From positions 1,536,001 through 1,600,000 of the forward strand of contig OZ251992.1 of NCBI GenBank assembly GCA_965246885.1: DNA of 64,000 nucleotides. The letters run 5' to 3'. The stretch is from Abditibacterium sp. (lineage in GTDB: Bacteria; Armatimonadota; Abditibacteriia; Abditibacteriales; Abditibacteriaceae). The notes beneath the pieces were generated by a model, which did no database searches, was not told the DNA's origin, and saw only the letters and a list, made by a program, of their open reading frames with translations. The position numbers were made by a program, and so were the translations under genes. Shown here piece after piece: positions 18,560-28,567 of this stretch. Position 1 is the stretch's first letter; the number at the start of each line of letters is the position of its first letter.

Positions 18560-18814
18560 CTACGGCATCATCTTGTCGTACTGCGCGTGCGAATCTACCC
18601 AGAACCACAGCACGCTGCCATCGTGATCGAATCCTAACACCCGATAATGCGTGCCGACGCGGTCAGACCACAGGCTCCCCACTTTCTTGAAGTGCAGAGA
18701 CGAGTGCTTCGGGTCTGCTTTCAAGAGGCGGAAGTTCTTCCTCTCCAATTTCTGAATGTGAAGCGGCAACCGCTCGAACATCTGCCAGAACTGCGGCGTT
18801 GTCCGGTGCTTCAC
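18560..18814 (-). CDS. RelE/ParE-like toxin
   Basis: HRTTPQFW...LP..IQ...LLKADPKHSSLHFKKVG...YRVLG...WFW..SHAQYDK; GTG start overlaps the antitoxin TGA. Confidence 0.8.
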   Translation of the reverse strand: MKHRTTPQFWQMFERLPLHIQKLERKNFRLLKADPKHSSLHFKKVGSLWSDRVGTHYRVLGFDHDGSVLWFWVDSHAQYDKMMP

Positions 18815-19017
18815 AACGGTTTGCAGCGCCCCGCCGCGTGTTCGGCTTTGGCTTGTTTGATGAGCGCGTCGAAGCGCCCCGCCTCGCTGTCACGGGCGAT
18901 TTGCTCGTCCCACATTTGGTTGCGATACTCCTCGAACCACTGGGAAAGCTCCGCTACTTCGGAGCGCGGAAGCTGCGTGATGGCCTGTTCGATGTCTTGA
19001 ACGCTCATGGTGTTCAT
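18811..19017 (-). CDS. Cognate antitoxin
   Basis: IEQAITQLP...WDEQIARDSEAGRFDAL; coupled to the toxin. Confidence 0.78.
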   Translation of the reverse strand: MNTMSVQDIEQAITQLPRSEVAELSQWFEEYRNQMWDEQIARDSEAGRFDALIKQAKAEHAAGRCKPL

Positions 19018-19059
19018 TTACTCTGCCATGCCCACGACGTGCTTGGGCGGTGGTTGGCA

Positions 19060-22000
19060 TCACTTCTCCACGCGCGACACGAAGGAGCGCGTCCACTCTG
19101 GGAGCTTCGGGGCTTGCGGGGTGCGCAGCAACTCTTGCCACCCGGCGTCGGATAAACGCTCGGAAGCGGGGCGGGTGAACTCATAGTAGGAATACGCGGC
19201 GCCGCGTGCCAACTGGCGCCTGCCGTCTCGCTCGAACGCGACATAAAGGGGCAGGGCGTGGCCGACGCCTTCTTCGAGCACCCGCAGGTCGGCTCCCTCG
19301 CGGGTCGAGAGGGCACCCGCCACGTCCGCGACGAGCGCCATGTCGCTGTCTTCCATCGTTTGCGCTTGCCCTTCGCTGGAGATGAGCGTCAGGTGTTCGA
19401 GGAAGGTGCCAAAGAAGCGCAACTGCTCAATTTCGCCCTTGGTGAACGGGGTGCCCGCGCGCTGCTTCGCTTCCAAGCGTGTCACCATATCCAACAGCGC
19501 CCCGAACGCGCCCAAACGGTCGTCCGATTCCGGCGATAAATACCCCGCGCCCGCGAGGGCGAGGCGCTCCGCCGATACTAATTCGCGCAAGCGGTGGAAC
19601 ACTTCGGGAGACGGCTCCACCACGCCTTGGGGTTGCTCCTCCAGCATCACTTCCGACAGCCCGCCTTCGCCGCCCGCTTCGATGGCGGTGGGTTGCTTGG
19701 GCATCGTATCGTGCTTGAGTTCCGCCCACGCGCCCAGCGCCGCGTTGAGTTGCTTGTCGGCCCACGCCGGGGACTGCGTGAACTTGTAACGCGGGTTGGC
19801 TTGCGGCGTAAGGAGCGGTTTGAGCGACCACAGCGTCTGGGAGTAGAATGAACGCTTCCAGTCGTCCGGCCCAAAGGCGCTGAGCCGCGCCCTCTCGATG
19901 AGGAACTGCCGGTCATAGTTCTGATAGCCCGACTCCTTGAGGCCGAAATCGAAGAAAGAGCCGCCGAAGGTGAAGGTATCTAAGAGGCTGCGCGCCCGAT
20001 CGGAGCCTAAGACGCCCATCGCGTCCAAGCCCAGCGCGAAAAAGCGCGGCTTGTCTTCTGTCCCGACTCCGGGCGCGTTGCGGTTGTACACCAAGTGCTG
20101 CATCGCTTCCGCGTCGAGCGTATAAGGCGCCGGAAACAGCGTCATCGCGGGGCCGCCCGTTGGCGCAATGCGGGGGCGCGGCAGCTTGTCCACTTCGGAT
20201 TGGAACAGCGCTAATCTGGCCGCGTCGTTAATGGCGTCGGGCGGAATCGTCTCGCCATACACGCCGCGCGCAATGGCCACGACATCCAGAAAGCGGCGGT
20301 CGTCGCTTTCACCAACGAACTGCGCCATCACCCGCGCAACTGCGCGCAGTTTAGCCTGCGTGGGCGCATCCGTCGCACTCGCCAGCAACAGCGTGCGGCG
20401 CAGATGGGCGGGCGTGGCGCGAAACGGGGCGCCTGACAGCCACCGGCTCGCCAGAAAGAAACGGCGTAGCTGCTCCGTGCGCGTGTAGTGGCCGCGCGGC
20501 GCGAACTGCGTGTAGTCAATGCGCGTGTCCGCGAGCGGCTCTTTCGGCTTGCCAACGCCCGTCAACTCTCCGCCGAAGATGGGGCTTGATGCGCGGGCCG
20601 CGTGCGCCTTGATAAGCGCGATTTCCGCATCGGCCAAACGCCCCGCCTCGAACGGCAACGCTTCCAACAAACGGCCAAGCGGAGCCGTCAAAGCGTTTGA
20701 GGCCGCCGTGTTCTTCGCCAAATTCCCCTTCAAACGCGCCGCATCGTCCGCGCTCGCGTCGGCGGGTGGCGCGCTAATGCCCGTCGTCACTTCCCCGCGC
20801 AATAGCCGCGCGGTCACTGCCCAGTACGCGGCATTGGCCAGCGCTTCTTCGCGCAATGCGGGCACGCGCGACTGCTGAATCGAAACTTGCAAAAAGTGCC
20901 GCGCGATGTCCACCGTCGCGGGCAGCAAGTGCTTGGTTTCCGTTTCGCGCAGGAGGGAATCGAACACTAAATGGTTCAAGTGCAACAGCGCGTCGCTCGA
21001 CACGAACACGGGCAGGCCCGCGTAGTCGGTCTCTTCATACAAGGCGAACATCTGCTTCGCGCCCGCTCCGCCCACGACGAAACCGTTGCGCGCGAGGAGA
21101 GGGCGGTCTTGCGCGGTTAGCCCCTCGAACTCGTCCGAGCCGGAAAACGCCACGAGGTTAGAAACATCCGCGAGTGGTTCGATGTTGGGGCGGGCCGCGA
21201 TTTGCCCGTCGGCTGTGGTGATGAAAGTAATTTTCCCATCGCGCGCCCAAAAGACGCCTATCGGCGAGGCGGGGCCGCTCATCCGATAATTCGGCCCATA
21301 CCCCGGCGACTTGGCCACAGATGCTGTGTCGCGGCGCAACACTATCAGTGTGTTCAGTCCCGCAACGGCCAACTGCTCGCCGTTGGGCGAAAAGGCAATG
21401 CGGCCTTCTGGTTCGATGCCGCTCAACTTGCTGATTGATTTACGCCACTCCTTTAGGTCGATGCTCATGCCCTTGGAATTGCCTTTGTCGTCCATCTCTT
21501 CGCTTTCTGTCGGAAACTCGGCGACGCACAGCGCGCTTGCACCCGCGAACGAGCGCACAAACGCCATGATCCGCCCAGTTGGGTCAACACGCGGCAACGT
21601 GTAATTTTCGGCGGTTCCGGTCTCCAAAACGCGGCGGTCGGTTCCGTCGTCGCGCATGAGCAGCAGCTTCCCGTCGCTCCCCGCGACGCTTTGGCGGGCG
21701 AGGATTTTATAAAAGCGGGCGCCGACCTTGACGCCGAAGGTCGGGCGCGGACTACCTTTCTCGTAGGCTTCGATGGCGCGAGGGCTTCCGGCCAAACGCT
21801 GCATAAGCCGTAGTTCGGACGGGGCGATGTGCGACGCGGAGCGGTCGGGCACAAAAGGGGCGCCGCCGTTTTCTTGAACGATAAAGCGGCGCGGGGTGAA
21901 ACTTGGCTCGGTGATGTCCACGTTTGGCGTGTTGGTCAAACGCCGTAGGCCCGTCCCATCGGGGCGGATGGTGTAAAGCGAAAAACGCTTGCTCGTGCCG

Positions 22001-22269
22001 CGCTTCCCGGCGAAAACGAGGAGTTTCCCGTCGGGGCGCCACGCGGGTTGCATGTCGTTGCCGCGCGCTTCGCGGGTGATGGCGCGGGCGCCCGTCACGC
22101 TTTTGCCGTTCCAGCGCCCCACGAACAAGCGCGAGCCACCCGCCGTGCGCCGCTCGAAGACGAGTTTCGTGCCATCGGGCGAAAGCGCCGGGTTGCGGAG
22201 CGGCCCGCCTTGAGCAAGCGCGGCGGCAGGTAGAGAACAGAGTACGGGCAAAAGCAGCGAAGATTTCAT
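19060..22269 (-). CDS. Secreted protein: TolB/PD40-like propeller plus DUF3160 domain
   Basis: Signal MKSSLLLPVLCSL; PALSPDG, PAWRPDG repeats; LPVFVSSDALLH, DYTQFAPRGHYTR, LGAWAELKHDT, GAAYSYYEF. Confidence 0.8.
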   Translation of the reverse strand: MKSSLLLPVLCSLPAAALAQGGPLRNPALSPDGTKLVFERRTAGGSRLFVGRWNGKSVTGARAITREARGNDMQPAWRPDGKLLVFAGKRGTSKRFSLYTIRPDGTGLRRLTNTPNVDITEPSFTPRRFIVQENGGAPFVPDRSASHIAPSELRLMQRLAGSPRAIEAYEKGSPRPTFGVKVGARFYKILARQSVAGSDGKLLLMRDDGTDRRVLETGTAENYTLPRVDPTGRIMAFVRSFAGASALCVAEFPTESEEMDDKGNSKGMSIDLKEWRKSISKLSGIEPEGRIAFSPNGEQLAVAGLNTLIVLRRDTASVAKSPGYGPNYRMSGPASPIGVFWARDGKITFITTADGQIAARPNIEPLADVSNLVAFSGSDEFEGLTAQDRPLLARNGFVVGGAGAKQMFALYEETDYAGLPVFVSSDALLHLNHLVFDSLLRETETKHLLPATVDIARHFLQVSIQQSRVPALREEALANAAYWAVTARLLRGEVTTGISAPPADASADDAARLKGNLAKNTAASNALTAPLGRLLEALPFEAGRLADAEIALIKAHAARASSPIFGGELTGVGKPKEPLADTRIDYTQFAPRGHYTRTEQLRRFFLASRWLSGAPFRATPAHLRRTLLLASATDAPTQAKLRAVARVMAQFVGESDDRRFLDVVAIARGVYGETIPPDAINDAARLALFQSEVDKLPRPRIAPTGGPAMTLFPAPYTLDAEAMQHLVYNRNAPGVGTEDKPRFFALGLDAMGVLGSDRARSLLDTFTFGGSFFDFGLKESGYQNYDRQFLIERARLSAFGPDDWKRSFYSQTLWSLKPLLTPQANPRYKFTQSPAWADKQLNAALGAWAELKHDTMPKQPTAIEAGGEGGLSEVMLEEQPQGVVEPSPEVFHRLRELVSAERLALAGAGYLSPESDDRLGAFGALLDMVTRLEAKQRAGTPFTKGEIEQLRFFGTFLEHLTLISSEGQAQTMEDSDMALVADVAGALSTREGADLRVLEEGVGHALPLYVAFERDGRRQLARGAAYSYYEFTRPASERLSDAGWQELLRTPQAPKLPEWTRSFVSRVEK

Positions 22270-22330
22270 GGCAGTTGACGGGATGAACGGCAACCGATAG
22301 GATATAACGCGCGCCGGTTCACCGAGCCGC

Positions 22331-22435
22331 GCCGACGACGGAATCATGCCTGCCAATTAGAGAATTGCGCGCGTCGAAGAAGAAAACAGGCGCGCCACCG
22401 ACGGAATTACATGCGCCACCGACGGAATTACGTGG
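22331..22435. repeat. Degenerate 21-nt tandem array spanning the CapA-like stop codon
   Basis: GCCGACGACGGAATCATGCCT ... GCCACCGACGGAATTACATGC / GCCACCGACGGAATTACGTGG; encodes HVIPSVA twice. Confidence 0.72.
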
Positions 22436-23865
22436 CTGACCCGCCAATTTTCGCCGCTTGCCCGTCGCGCTTGCAAGCGCAAGACTCCCGCCGGGTTGAT
22501 TTCTTCAAAGGAGAGGAAAACGCCGCGTTCATCCACGCCGCTTCGCAAACCCCGCAACTGTCCCGCGAATGGCTGTTGCCACACCGCGCGCAAACCGAAG
22601 CCGTTCCAGCGATACACGCACAACCACTGCGCGCCGTTTGGCCCGCTTTCAAGGGCCGCGAGGTCACTCCCCGGTTCATCGGCACGCGGCGCGAGCGTCC
22701 ACCCGAAAAAGGGCCGGGACAATTGTGAGCCACGCCAAAGCGGTCGGAAACCCTGCGACCCCAAGCCGTAAACGTGCAAACGCGGCAGGATGCGCGGGTC
22801 TAACTTGGAGCGTTGCCGTAGCTCCACGACCAATTCGTCGCGCCCATCGCTGTTTATGTCGCCTACTTCGAGGCGCGCAACTTCGCGCGGGAAGCCGGTC
22901 GCCCGCACGCGAAAGCCGCCCGGTGTTTGTTCGAGGGCGCGCAAAACAGGGCGTCCGGCTTTGGTTCGCGTCCAGAGTATCCAACTGACCCGTGCGGCCT
23001 CGGCGTCGAAACGGTCCATGTAGGCCCCGACGCGCGTTTCCCCTTTTGGCGTTGGCGGAAGGGCAACGCGTCGGGCTTGCGGGGTGGCGGGCCACACCCG
23101 CCAGCTTTCCGTCGCGGTTCGGGGGTCGTTGCCGTCAATAACCACGCGCGCGAGCAGTCCGCTTTGAGCGGTGGGCATCCTGTCCCATAAAAAATTGCCC
23201 GTCGAAGCGAAGATGGGGCGGCCCTTGTAGCTTTCGACCGGCCCCGCGACGTGCGGATGATGCCCCCAGACGGCGACGGCTCCGGCATCTATGAAACCCC
23301 GCGCGAGGGCACGTTGCTCCGGCGACAGGGATGACACGCCCTCCGTGCCCCAGTGCAGCGACGCCACCACAAAGACGCCGCTCGCCGTCAGAGCGCGGAT
23401 TTTGTCCCGAAGCGCCGCCGCATCCAAACGGGTTAAGCGCGCGTTCCCCGCCACGAATGGCCCCCACGCCGTTGCGCTCACGACGGCCACGCGCCGCCCA
23501 GCGATGTTCCAGATGGGAACAGGGTCGCTTCCGTCGAGCGATAATCCGGCTCCTTGCATCCCAGATGCTCTCAGCGCCGCCATTGTGCCGCGCGCCCCGC
23601 TTTCGCCCGCGTCGAGCGAGTGGTTGTTGGCTAAGTTCAAGCCCCCGAATCCGATGGCACGAAGCGCGGCCAAATCGCCCGGATTATAAGACGGTTTGCG
23701 CCCCGTCCGTGCACCTGTGGGCGCGGCTTCGAGGTTGCCGAGCGCCAAATCTGCGCCCGCAATCACCGGCGCGAAGCGCCGGAGGGAAGTCTGCGGCCCG
23801 TTCAAAAGCGGCGCAACTCCCCGCCCCGTCAGGATGTCACCGACCAACACAAGCGAGAAAGGCAT
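22357..23865 (-). CDS. CapA/PgsA-family metallophosphatase with FG-GAP-like C-terminal region
   Basis: VGDI, GNLE, LANNHSLD, SLHWGTE, GHHPHV, STGNFLWD; GDINSDGRDELVV. Confidence 0.85.
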   Translation of the reverse strand: MPFSLVLVGDILTGRGVAPLLNGPQTSLRRFAPVIAGADLALGNLEAAPTGARTGRKPSYNPGDLAALRAIGFGGLNLANNHSLDAGESGARGTMAALRASGMQGAGLSLDGSDPVPIWNIAGRRVAVVSATAWGPFVAGNARLTRLDAAALRDKIRALTASGVFVVASLHWGTEGVSSLSPEQRALARGFIDAGAVAVWGHHPHVAGPVESYKGRPIFASTGNFLWDRMPTAQSGLLARVVIDGNDPRTATESWRVWPATPQARRVALPPTPKGETRVGAYMDRFDAEAARVSWILWTRTKAGRPVLRALEQTPGGFRVRATGFPREVARLEVGDINSDGRDELVVELRQRSKLDPRILPRLHVYGLGSQGFRPLWRGSQLSRPFFGWTLAPRADEPGSDLAALESGPNGAQWLCVYRWNGFGLRAVWQQPFAGQLRGLRSGVDERGVFLSFEEINPAGVLRLQARRASGENWRVSHVIPSVAHVIPSVARLFSSSTRAIL

Positions 23866-23871
23866 GAGGCT

Positions 23872-24873
23872 TTACCCCTCGTATCCGTTGGGCCGCGCTT
23901 GGTGCCATTGCCATGCGCTCCTTAAAATGGCGTCGAGTTCGGGGTGTTGCGGGTTCCAGCCTAAGACGGTTTTGGCTTTGCGCGCGTCGGCGATGAGACG
24001 GGCGGGGTCGCCCGCGCGCCGGGGCGATTCGACGACGGGGATGTCTCGCCCGGTGATGCGGCGCGCGGCCTCGATGACTTCCTTCACGGAATAGCCGCTT
24101 CCGTTGCCAAGGTTAAAAAAGTCGCTGCCTCCACCACCTTCCAAGTGCGCGAGTGCGCCCAAGTGGGCCGCGCCTAAATCCAAGATATGAATATAGTCGC
24201 GGATGGCCGTGCCGTCGGGCGTCGGGTAGTCCGTTCCGAAAACCGAGATATGCGGGCGCTTGCCGAGCGCCACGTCGAGGACGAGCGGGATGAGGTGCGT
24301 TTCGGGCGAGTGGTCTTCGCCGACGGTGCGCAGGCCATTTTCGCCGGTCACGGCGCCCGATGCGTTGAAGTAGCGCAGCGCGACAAAGCGCAGGTCAGTC
24401 GCGGCGTCGGTGTCGCGCAAAACGCGCTCAAACATCCACTTCGAGGCGCCGTAGGGGTTGATCGGTGCTTGCGGGTGCGCCTCATCGAGGGGGATGTATT
24501 GCGGCTCGCCATAGGTGGCGCAAGTCGAGGAAAAAACGATCTGGTGCACGCCCGCCGCCAGCAACCCGCCCAGCAAACCCAAGCCAGAAGCGAGGTTGTT
24601 GCGGTAGTACAAGAGCGGTTTCTCGACGCTCTCGCCCACGTACGCATACGCCGCGAAGTGAACGCACGCCGAAACGCCATGCTCGCGCGCGATGCGCTCG
24701 ACAAGCGCGCTGTCGCCGATGTCGCCCTCGTAAAAAGGCACATCGGGCGCCAAAGCCGCTTGATGGCCATAGACAAGGTTATCGAGCACGACGACATCGC
24801 GCCCGCCCGCGCGGAGCAGTTCGACGGTGGCCGAGCCGATATATCCGGCGCCGCCGGTCACTAAGATAGACAT
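23872..24873 (-). CDS. galE: UDP-glucose 4-epimerase
   Basis: [53 protein letters not shown]. Confidence 0.96.
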   Translation of the reverse strand: MSILVTGGAGYIGSATVELLRAGGRDVVVLDNLVYGHQAALAPDVPFYEGDIGDSALVERIAREHGVSACVHFAAYAYVGESVEKPLLYYRNNLASGLGLLGGLLAAGVHQIVFSSTCATYGEPQYIPLDEAHPQAPINPYGASKWMFERVLRDTDAATDLRFVALRYFNASGAVTGENGLRTVGEDHSPETHLIPLVLDVALGKRPHISVFGTDYPTPDGTAIRDYIHILDLGAAHLGALAHLEGGGGSDFFNLGNGSGYSVKEVIEAARRITGRDIPVVESPRRAGDPARLIADARKAKTVLGWNPQHPELDAILRSAWQWHQARPNGYEG

Positions 24874-24960
24874 AAAAGAAAGAGGCGCAACGCCGGTGCG
24901 CCGCGCGGTCTCAGTGTGGATTATTTAGGAAGAGCCTGTCGGGGAAGGTGCATTTGCGAA

Positions 24961-25077
24961 GCAACCGTAGGGTCAACCCACGTGGTTGCCCTTGTTGCGG
25001 CCCTCTGTTTGCCGCAAGGTGGACGACATACAAGCGATTGCAACAAGGCCAACCACGTGGATTGACCCTACGGTTGC
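24961..25077. repeat. GTAGG...CCTAC REP-like inverted repeat (38-bp arms, 2 mismatches)
   Basis: GCAACCGTAGGGTCAACCCACGTGGTTGCCCTTGTTGC ... GCAACAAGGCCAACCACGTGGATTGACCCTACGGTTGC. Confidence 0.82.
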
Positions 25078-25089
25078 TCATTCCCAATC

Positions 25090-26004
25090 ATGACATTCTT
25101 CAATCCCCTGCTTCTCCCTAACGTTGAAGGCGCCGACCCCTTCATTACCTTCCACGACGGATTATATTACCTCAGCGTCACGCGCGGCGACCACATCTCC
25201 TTCTTCCGCGCCCCGACGCTCGGCGGGCTTCGCAATGCGCCCGAAGAAGTTGTCTGGCGCGACGCGCACCCCGACCGCCACACCGCGATGTGGGCGCCGG
25301 AGTTCGTCCGCATTGAGGGGCGCTGGTGGTGCTATTACACCGCCGCCAACGGGCGCGGGCGCCATCGCTGCCACGTTTTGCGCGGGCACGAGCGCGACCT
25401 GATGGGGCCGTATGAATACGCCGCGCAACTGCGCACCGACGCGCACGACCGACAATACGCCATTGATTTTTCCGTGCTTCCTACGCCCGGCGGCTTGTTC
25501 GGCATCTGGGCGGGGCACCCCGATCACCGCCTGTTTATCAGCCGCATGAGCGGCCCGTCGGAACTTATTGGCGAGCGCCAACTGCTGGAAGCCGATGGCT
25601 TTGGCTGCGAGGAAGTGCGCGAAGGCCCCAACTGCATCTGGCGCGACGGGCGCATTTTCCTCGTCTACTCGGCGTGCGACGCGCGCAAGCCCGACTACAG
25701 GTTAGGGATGCTCGTCGCCGACGAGAACGCCGATTTGCTCGCGCCCAAAAGTTGGCGCCAACACCCCGCGCCCGTTTTCGCCCGCGACGACGCGGCTCGT
25801 GTCTATGGGCCGGGGCATCACTGCTTCTTTAAAAGTCCCGACGGGACGCAAGACTGGGTCGCCTACCACGCCAAGCGCACCCGCCGCCTGACCTACAAAG
25901 ACCGCGTGCCCTGCGCCAAACGCATCGCGTGGAACGATGACGGCACGCCCGATTTCGGCACCCCGCCCCCGTTTGGCGCCGCCTTGGAGGAGCCGCGCGA
26001 CTAA
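25090..26004 (+). CDS. GH43 glycoside hydrolase (arabinofuranosidase-like)
   Basis: GADPF, MWAPE, YAID, EGP, YGPGHHCFFKSPDG. Confidence 0.9.
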   Translation: MTFFNPLLLPNVEGADPFITFHDGLYYLSVTRGDHISFFRAPTLGGLRNAPEEVVWRDAHPDRHTAMWAPEFVRIEGRWWCYYTAANGRGRHRCHVLRGHERDLMGPYEYAAQLRTDAHDRQYAIDFSVLPTPGGLFGIWAGHPDHRLFISRMSGPSELIGERQLLEADGFGCEEVREGPNCIWRDGRIFLVYSACDARKPDYRLGMLVADENADLLAPKSWRQHPAPVFARDDAARVYGPGHHCFFKSPDGTQDWVAYHAKRTRRLTYKDRVPCAKRIAWNDDGTPDFGTPPPFGAALEEPRD

Positions 26005-26090
26005 AGTCGCAGCCAGCGAAAGCGTCAACCTTCGTTGACGCACCTCCGTCGGCGAAGGCCGACGATGATGCTGGCTGCGACTTTAGTCGC
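25997..26090. repeat. GCGACTAAAGTCGC-type REP-like multi-hairpin; supplies the GH43 stop codon
   Basis: GCGACTAAAGTCGCAGCCAGC ... GCTGGCTGCGACTTTAGTCGC with two inner hairpins; related unit at 28498-28550. Confidence 0.75.
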
Positions 26091-26108
26091 TTTCTCATAC
26101 TCCTGCCC

Positions 26109-26618
26109 ATGCAATCGGACTACTCGCCGCCGCTCACCCGCATGGATGTCGTACTATGGTTTCTGCGCGTGCAACTGTGGGTGATGGTGCTGGGGGCTAT
26201 ATTCGCCTCTCTGTCATCAGTGACTTTTGTTCTTTCGCCCTTCGGCAATGGGTTGTATATGTTGCGACTTGTTGGTGTGGCATGGGCGCCCGTTTTGGTG
26301 TTGTCTTTGTTCTCTCCAGCGTTGGCGCATAATGCACTGGGAAAGACTGCGCGCGATTCAGTCGGTTCGCTTCTCGACTGTCGCCCGCTTGTGGGACGCT
26401 GTGTTGGCTTGGCGTTGCTTGTTTCTTCGGTAGGTGAAGCGGCACTGCTTTCTGGTCTTGTCCTCTACGGTCTTGTGGGCGGCAACGTTTGGCAGCAATT
26501 GGGAGGCGCCGGGAAATACATTGCTCTCGCTCAGAGCGTTGCGCCGATCTTATCGTTCTTCGTGGGCTTTTTCCTTGCCTTTGGCCCCGTTATTCGGGAG
26601 AACTTTCGCGCGAGCTAA
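26109..26618 (+). CDS. Hypothetical multi-TM protein
   Basis: 169 aa hydrophobic ORF, lower GC than its flanks. Confidence 0.6.
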   Translation: MQSDYSPPLTRMDVVLWFLRVQLWVMVLGAIFASLSSVTFVLSPFGNGLYMLRLVGVAWAPVLVLSLFSPALAHNALGKTARDSVGSLLDCRPLVGRCVGLALLVSSVGEAALLSGLVLYGLVGGNVWQQLGGAGKYIALAQSVAPILSFFVGFFLAFGPVIRENFRAS

Positions 26619-26677
26619 ACACATCCCCTCGAACCCTTTGGGGCGGCGAGGCATCTTACTACTGCACCATTCGCCCA

Positions 26678-27289
26678 ATGAAACGCTTTCTGCTCCCCAC
26701 CTTCGTCGCCGCGCCGCTCGCGCTTTGTCTTGTCGCGCCCGCCAAGCCCTTGCCCAAGGCGCCCCATAAAGCCGCGCCCGCCAAGGCCAAAGACCCCATC
26801 GCCGCGTCGGTTGATTATCTGTGGGAACAGTCCGACGCCGCCTTTCACAAGGGCGACTACCCGACCGCCGTCAAGATTCACCGCGCCATCGTCACCCTCG
26901 ACCCGACCGACACCGAGTCCTTCGGCGTGGGCGCGTGGCTCCTGTGGAGCATGGGCCAGAAGGAAAGCGCGCGCGCTTTTATCCAGCAGGGCCTCGACGC
27001 CAACCCGAACAACGCCGAAATGTGGGACACGGCAGGCCAGCACTACGACCTCGAAAAGTCCTTCGCCGACTCCAAGAACGCCTACGTCAAGTCAGTCACC
27101 CTCGCTGGGAAAAAAGCGCCCGAAATGCTCCGCCGCCGCCTCGCGCACTCCGCCGAACACGCGGGCGACCTCGCCTTGTCCATCCAAACGTGGGCGGACT
27201 TAGTGCGCGATTACCCAAACTCGGCGGTAGATAAGAACAACCTCGCCCGCGTGCAGGGGTTGGCGGGCAAGGCAACGGCGACGGCGTGA
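26678..27289 (+). CDS. Secreted TPR-like protein
   Basis: Signal MKRFLLPTFVAAPLALCL; helical TPR-like repeats (AFHKGDYPTAV..., GLDANPNNAEMW). Confidence 0.72.
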   Translation: MKRFLLPTFVAAPLALCLVAPAKPLPKAPHKAAPAKAKDPIAASVDYLWEQSDAAFHKGDYPTAVKIHRAIVTLDPTDTESFGVGAWLLWSMGQKESARAFIQQGLDANPNNAEMWDTAGQHYDLEKSFADSKNAYVKSVTLAGKKAPEMLRRRLAHSAEHAGDLALSIQTWADLVRDYPNSAVDKNNLARVQGLAGKATATA

Positions 27290-27310
27290 GGGCGCGTTAA
27301 CCTTTCCCTT

Positions 27311-28493
27311 ATGAAAATTGCGGTCATCGGCGGCGGCCCGATTGGAATCGAAGCGGCGCTGTACGGCGCGAGCGCGGGGCTGGATGTCACGCTTTTCGAG
27401 CGCGGGCGCATCGGCGAAAACAACCGCGCGTGGGGGCACGTCCGCTTGTTCACCGAATGGGCGCGCGACCGCTCGCCGCTTTCGCTGCGGCTCCTGACCG
27501 CGCGCGGTGACGCTTTGGGCGCCGAAGACGCTTGCCCGACGGGGGACGAACTCGCCGACTATCTCCTGCGCGTCGCGTCGCTCCCCGTTCTGCGCGGGCG
27601 CATCGTGCCGCAGTGCGAGGTGCTGGCCATCACCCGCGAAGGCGCGCTCAAGTCCGACCTGTACGGCGACCCGCGCCGCGCCAACTCGCCGTTTCGCTTG
27701 CTGACCAAGGGCGTCGCGGGCGAGAAAATCCGTCACTTCGACGCCGTGATAGACGCGACTGGTGTTTATGCCACGCCCAATTGGGCGGGCAATGGCGGCG
27801 CTCCGTGTCCGGGGGAATTGGGATTGCGCCCCTTTGTGGACTACGCTATCCCCGACGTATTGGGCCGCGACCGTAGCCGCTTTTGGAACAAGCACGCGCT
27901 GATTGTCGGCGCCGGACACTCCGCCGCTTCGACGCTTCTGATGGTCGCCGACCTGATGGCGCAGTCCAGCAAAACGCGCGTGACATGGGTGGTGCGCCGC
28001 GACCGCGCTTCGACTGGCGAGATTTACCGCCTCGACCCCGACGACGTTTCCGGTGGGCGCCGCAAACTGGGCGAGCGCGCCAATGCCCTCGCCGCCCATC
28101 CCCAGCGTGGACTGCCACACCGTCTGCGCCCACACTGGCTTTCGTCCCGACGAAACGCTGTGGCAAGAACTCCAAATCGCTCCGCATCCCGCGACCGGCG
28201 CGCCTTCTGCGCAACTCGCCGCCCACCTCAACGCCGCCAACAAAAAGGCGGGCGTTGGACTTTCCACCGGCTACGCCGAAAAGCTGAGCGAATACCAGCG
28301 CCCCGAAAACGTCGCCGACCTCGACTCGCGCGAACTGTTGCGCCTGCCCGAACCGAATTTCGTCGTGTTGGGCATCAAGTCGTATGGCCGCGACGCCGGA
28401 TTCCTCATGCAAAACGGCTTCCGCCAAGTCCGCGACGCGTATCAACTGCTGACGGGAAATAAGGCGCTCGATTTGTACGGAGCGGAGTTTTAA
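27311..28493 (+). pseudogene. Frameshifted FAD/NAD(P)-dependent oxidoreductase (flavin monooxygenase-like)
   Basis: GGGPIG, DAVIDATG, VGAGHSA in the first frame; conserved HTGFRPD...PEPNFVVLGIKSYGR...FLM..G in the +1 frame after about 28100. Confidence 0.75.
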
Positions 28494-28497
28494 CTTC

Positions 28498-28550
28498 AAG
28501 CCTCCAAAGGGAGGCTTCGCTGTGGGTTGCCCGCGACTTCAGTCGCCGGG
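28498..28550. repeat. REP-like hairpins / possible terminator between convergent genes
   Basis: AAGCCTCCAAAGGGAGGCTT and GCGACTTCAGTCGC. Confidence 0.55.
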
Positions 28551-28567
28551 CCAAAGGTTGGCATTAC

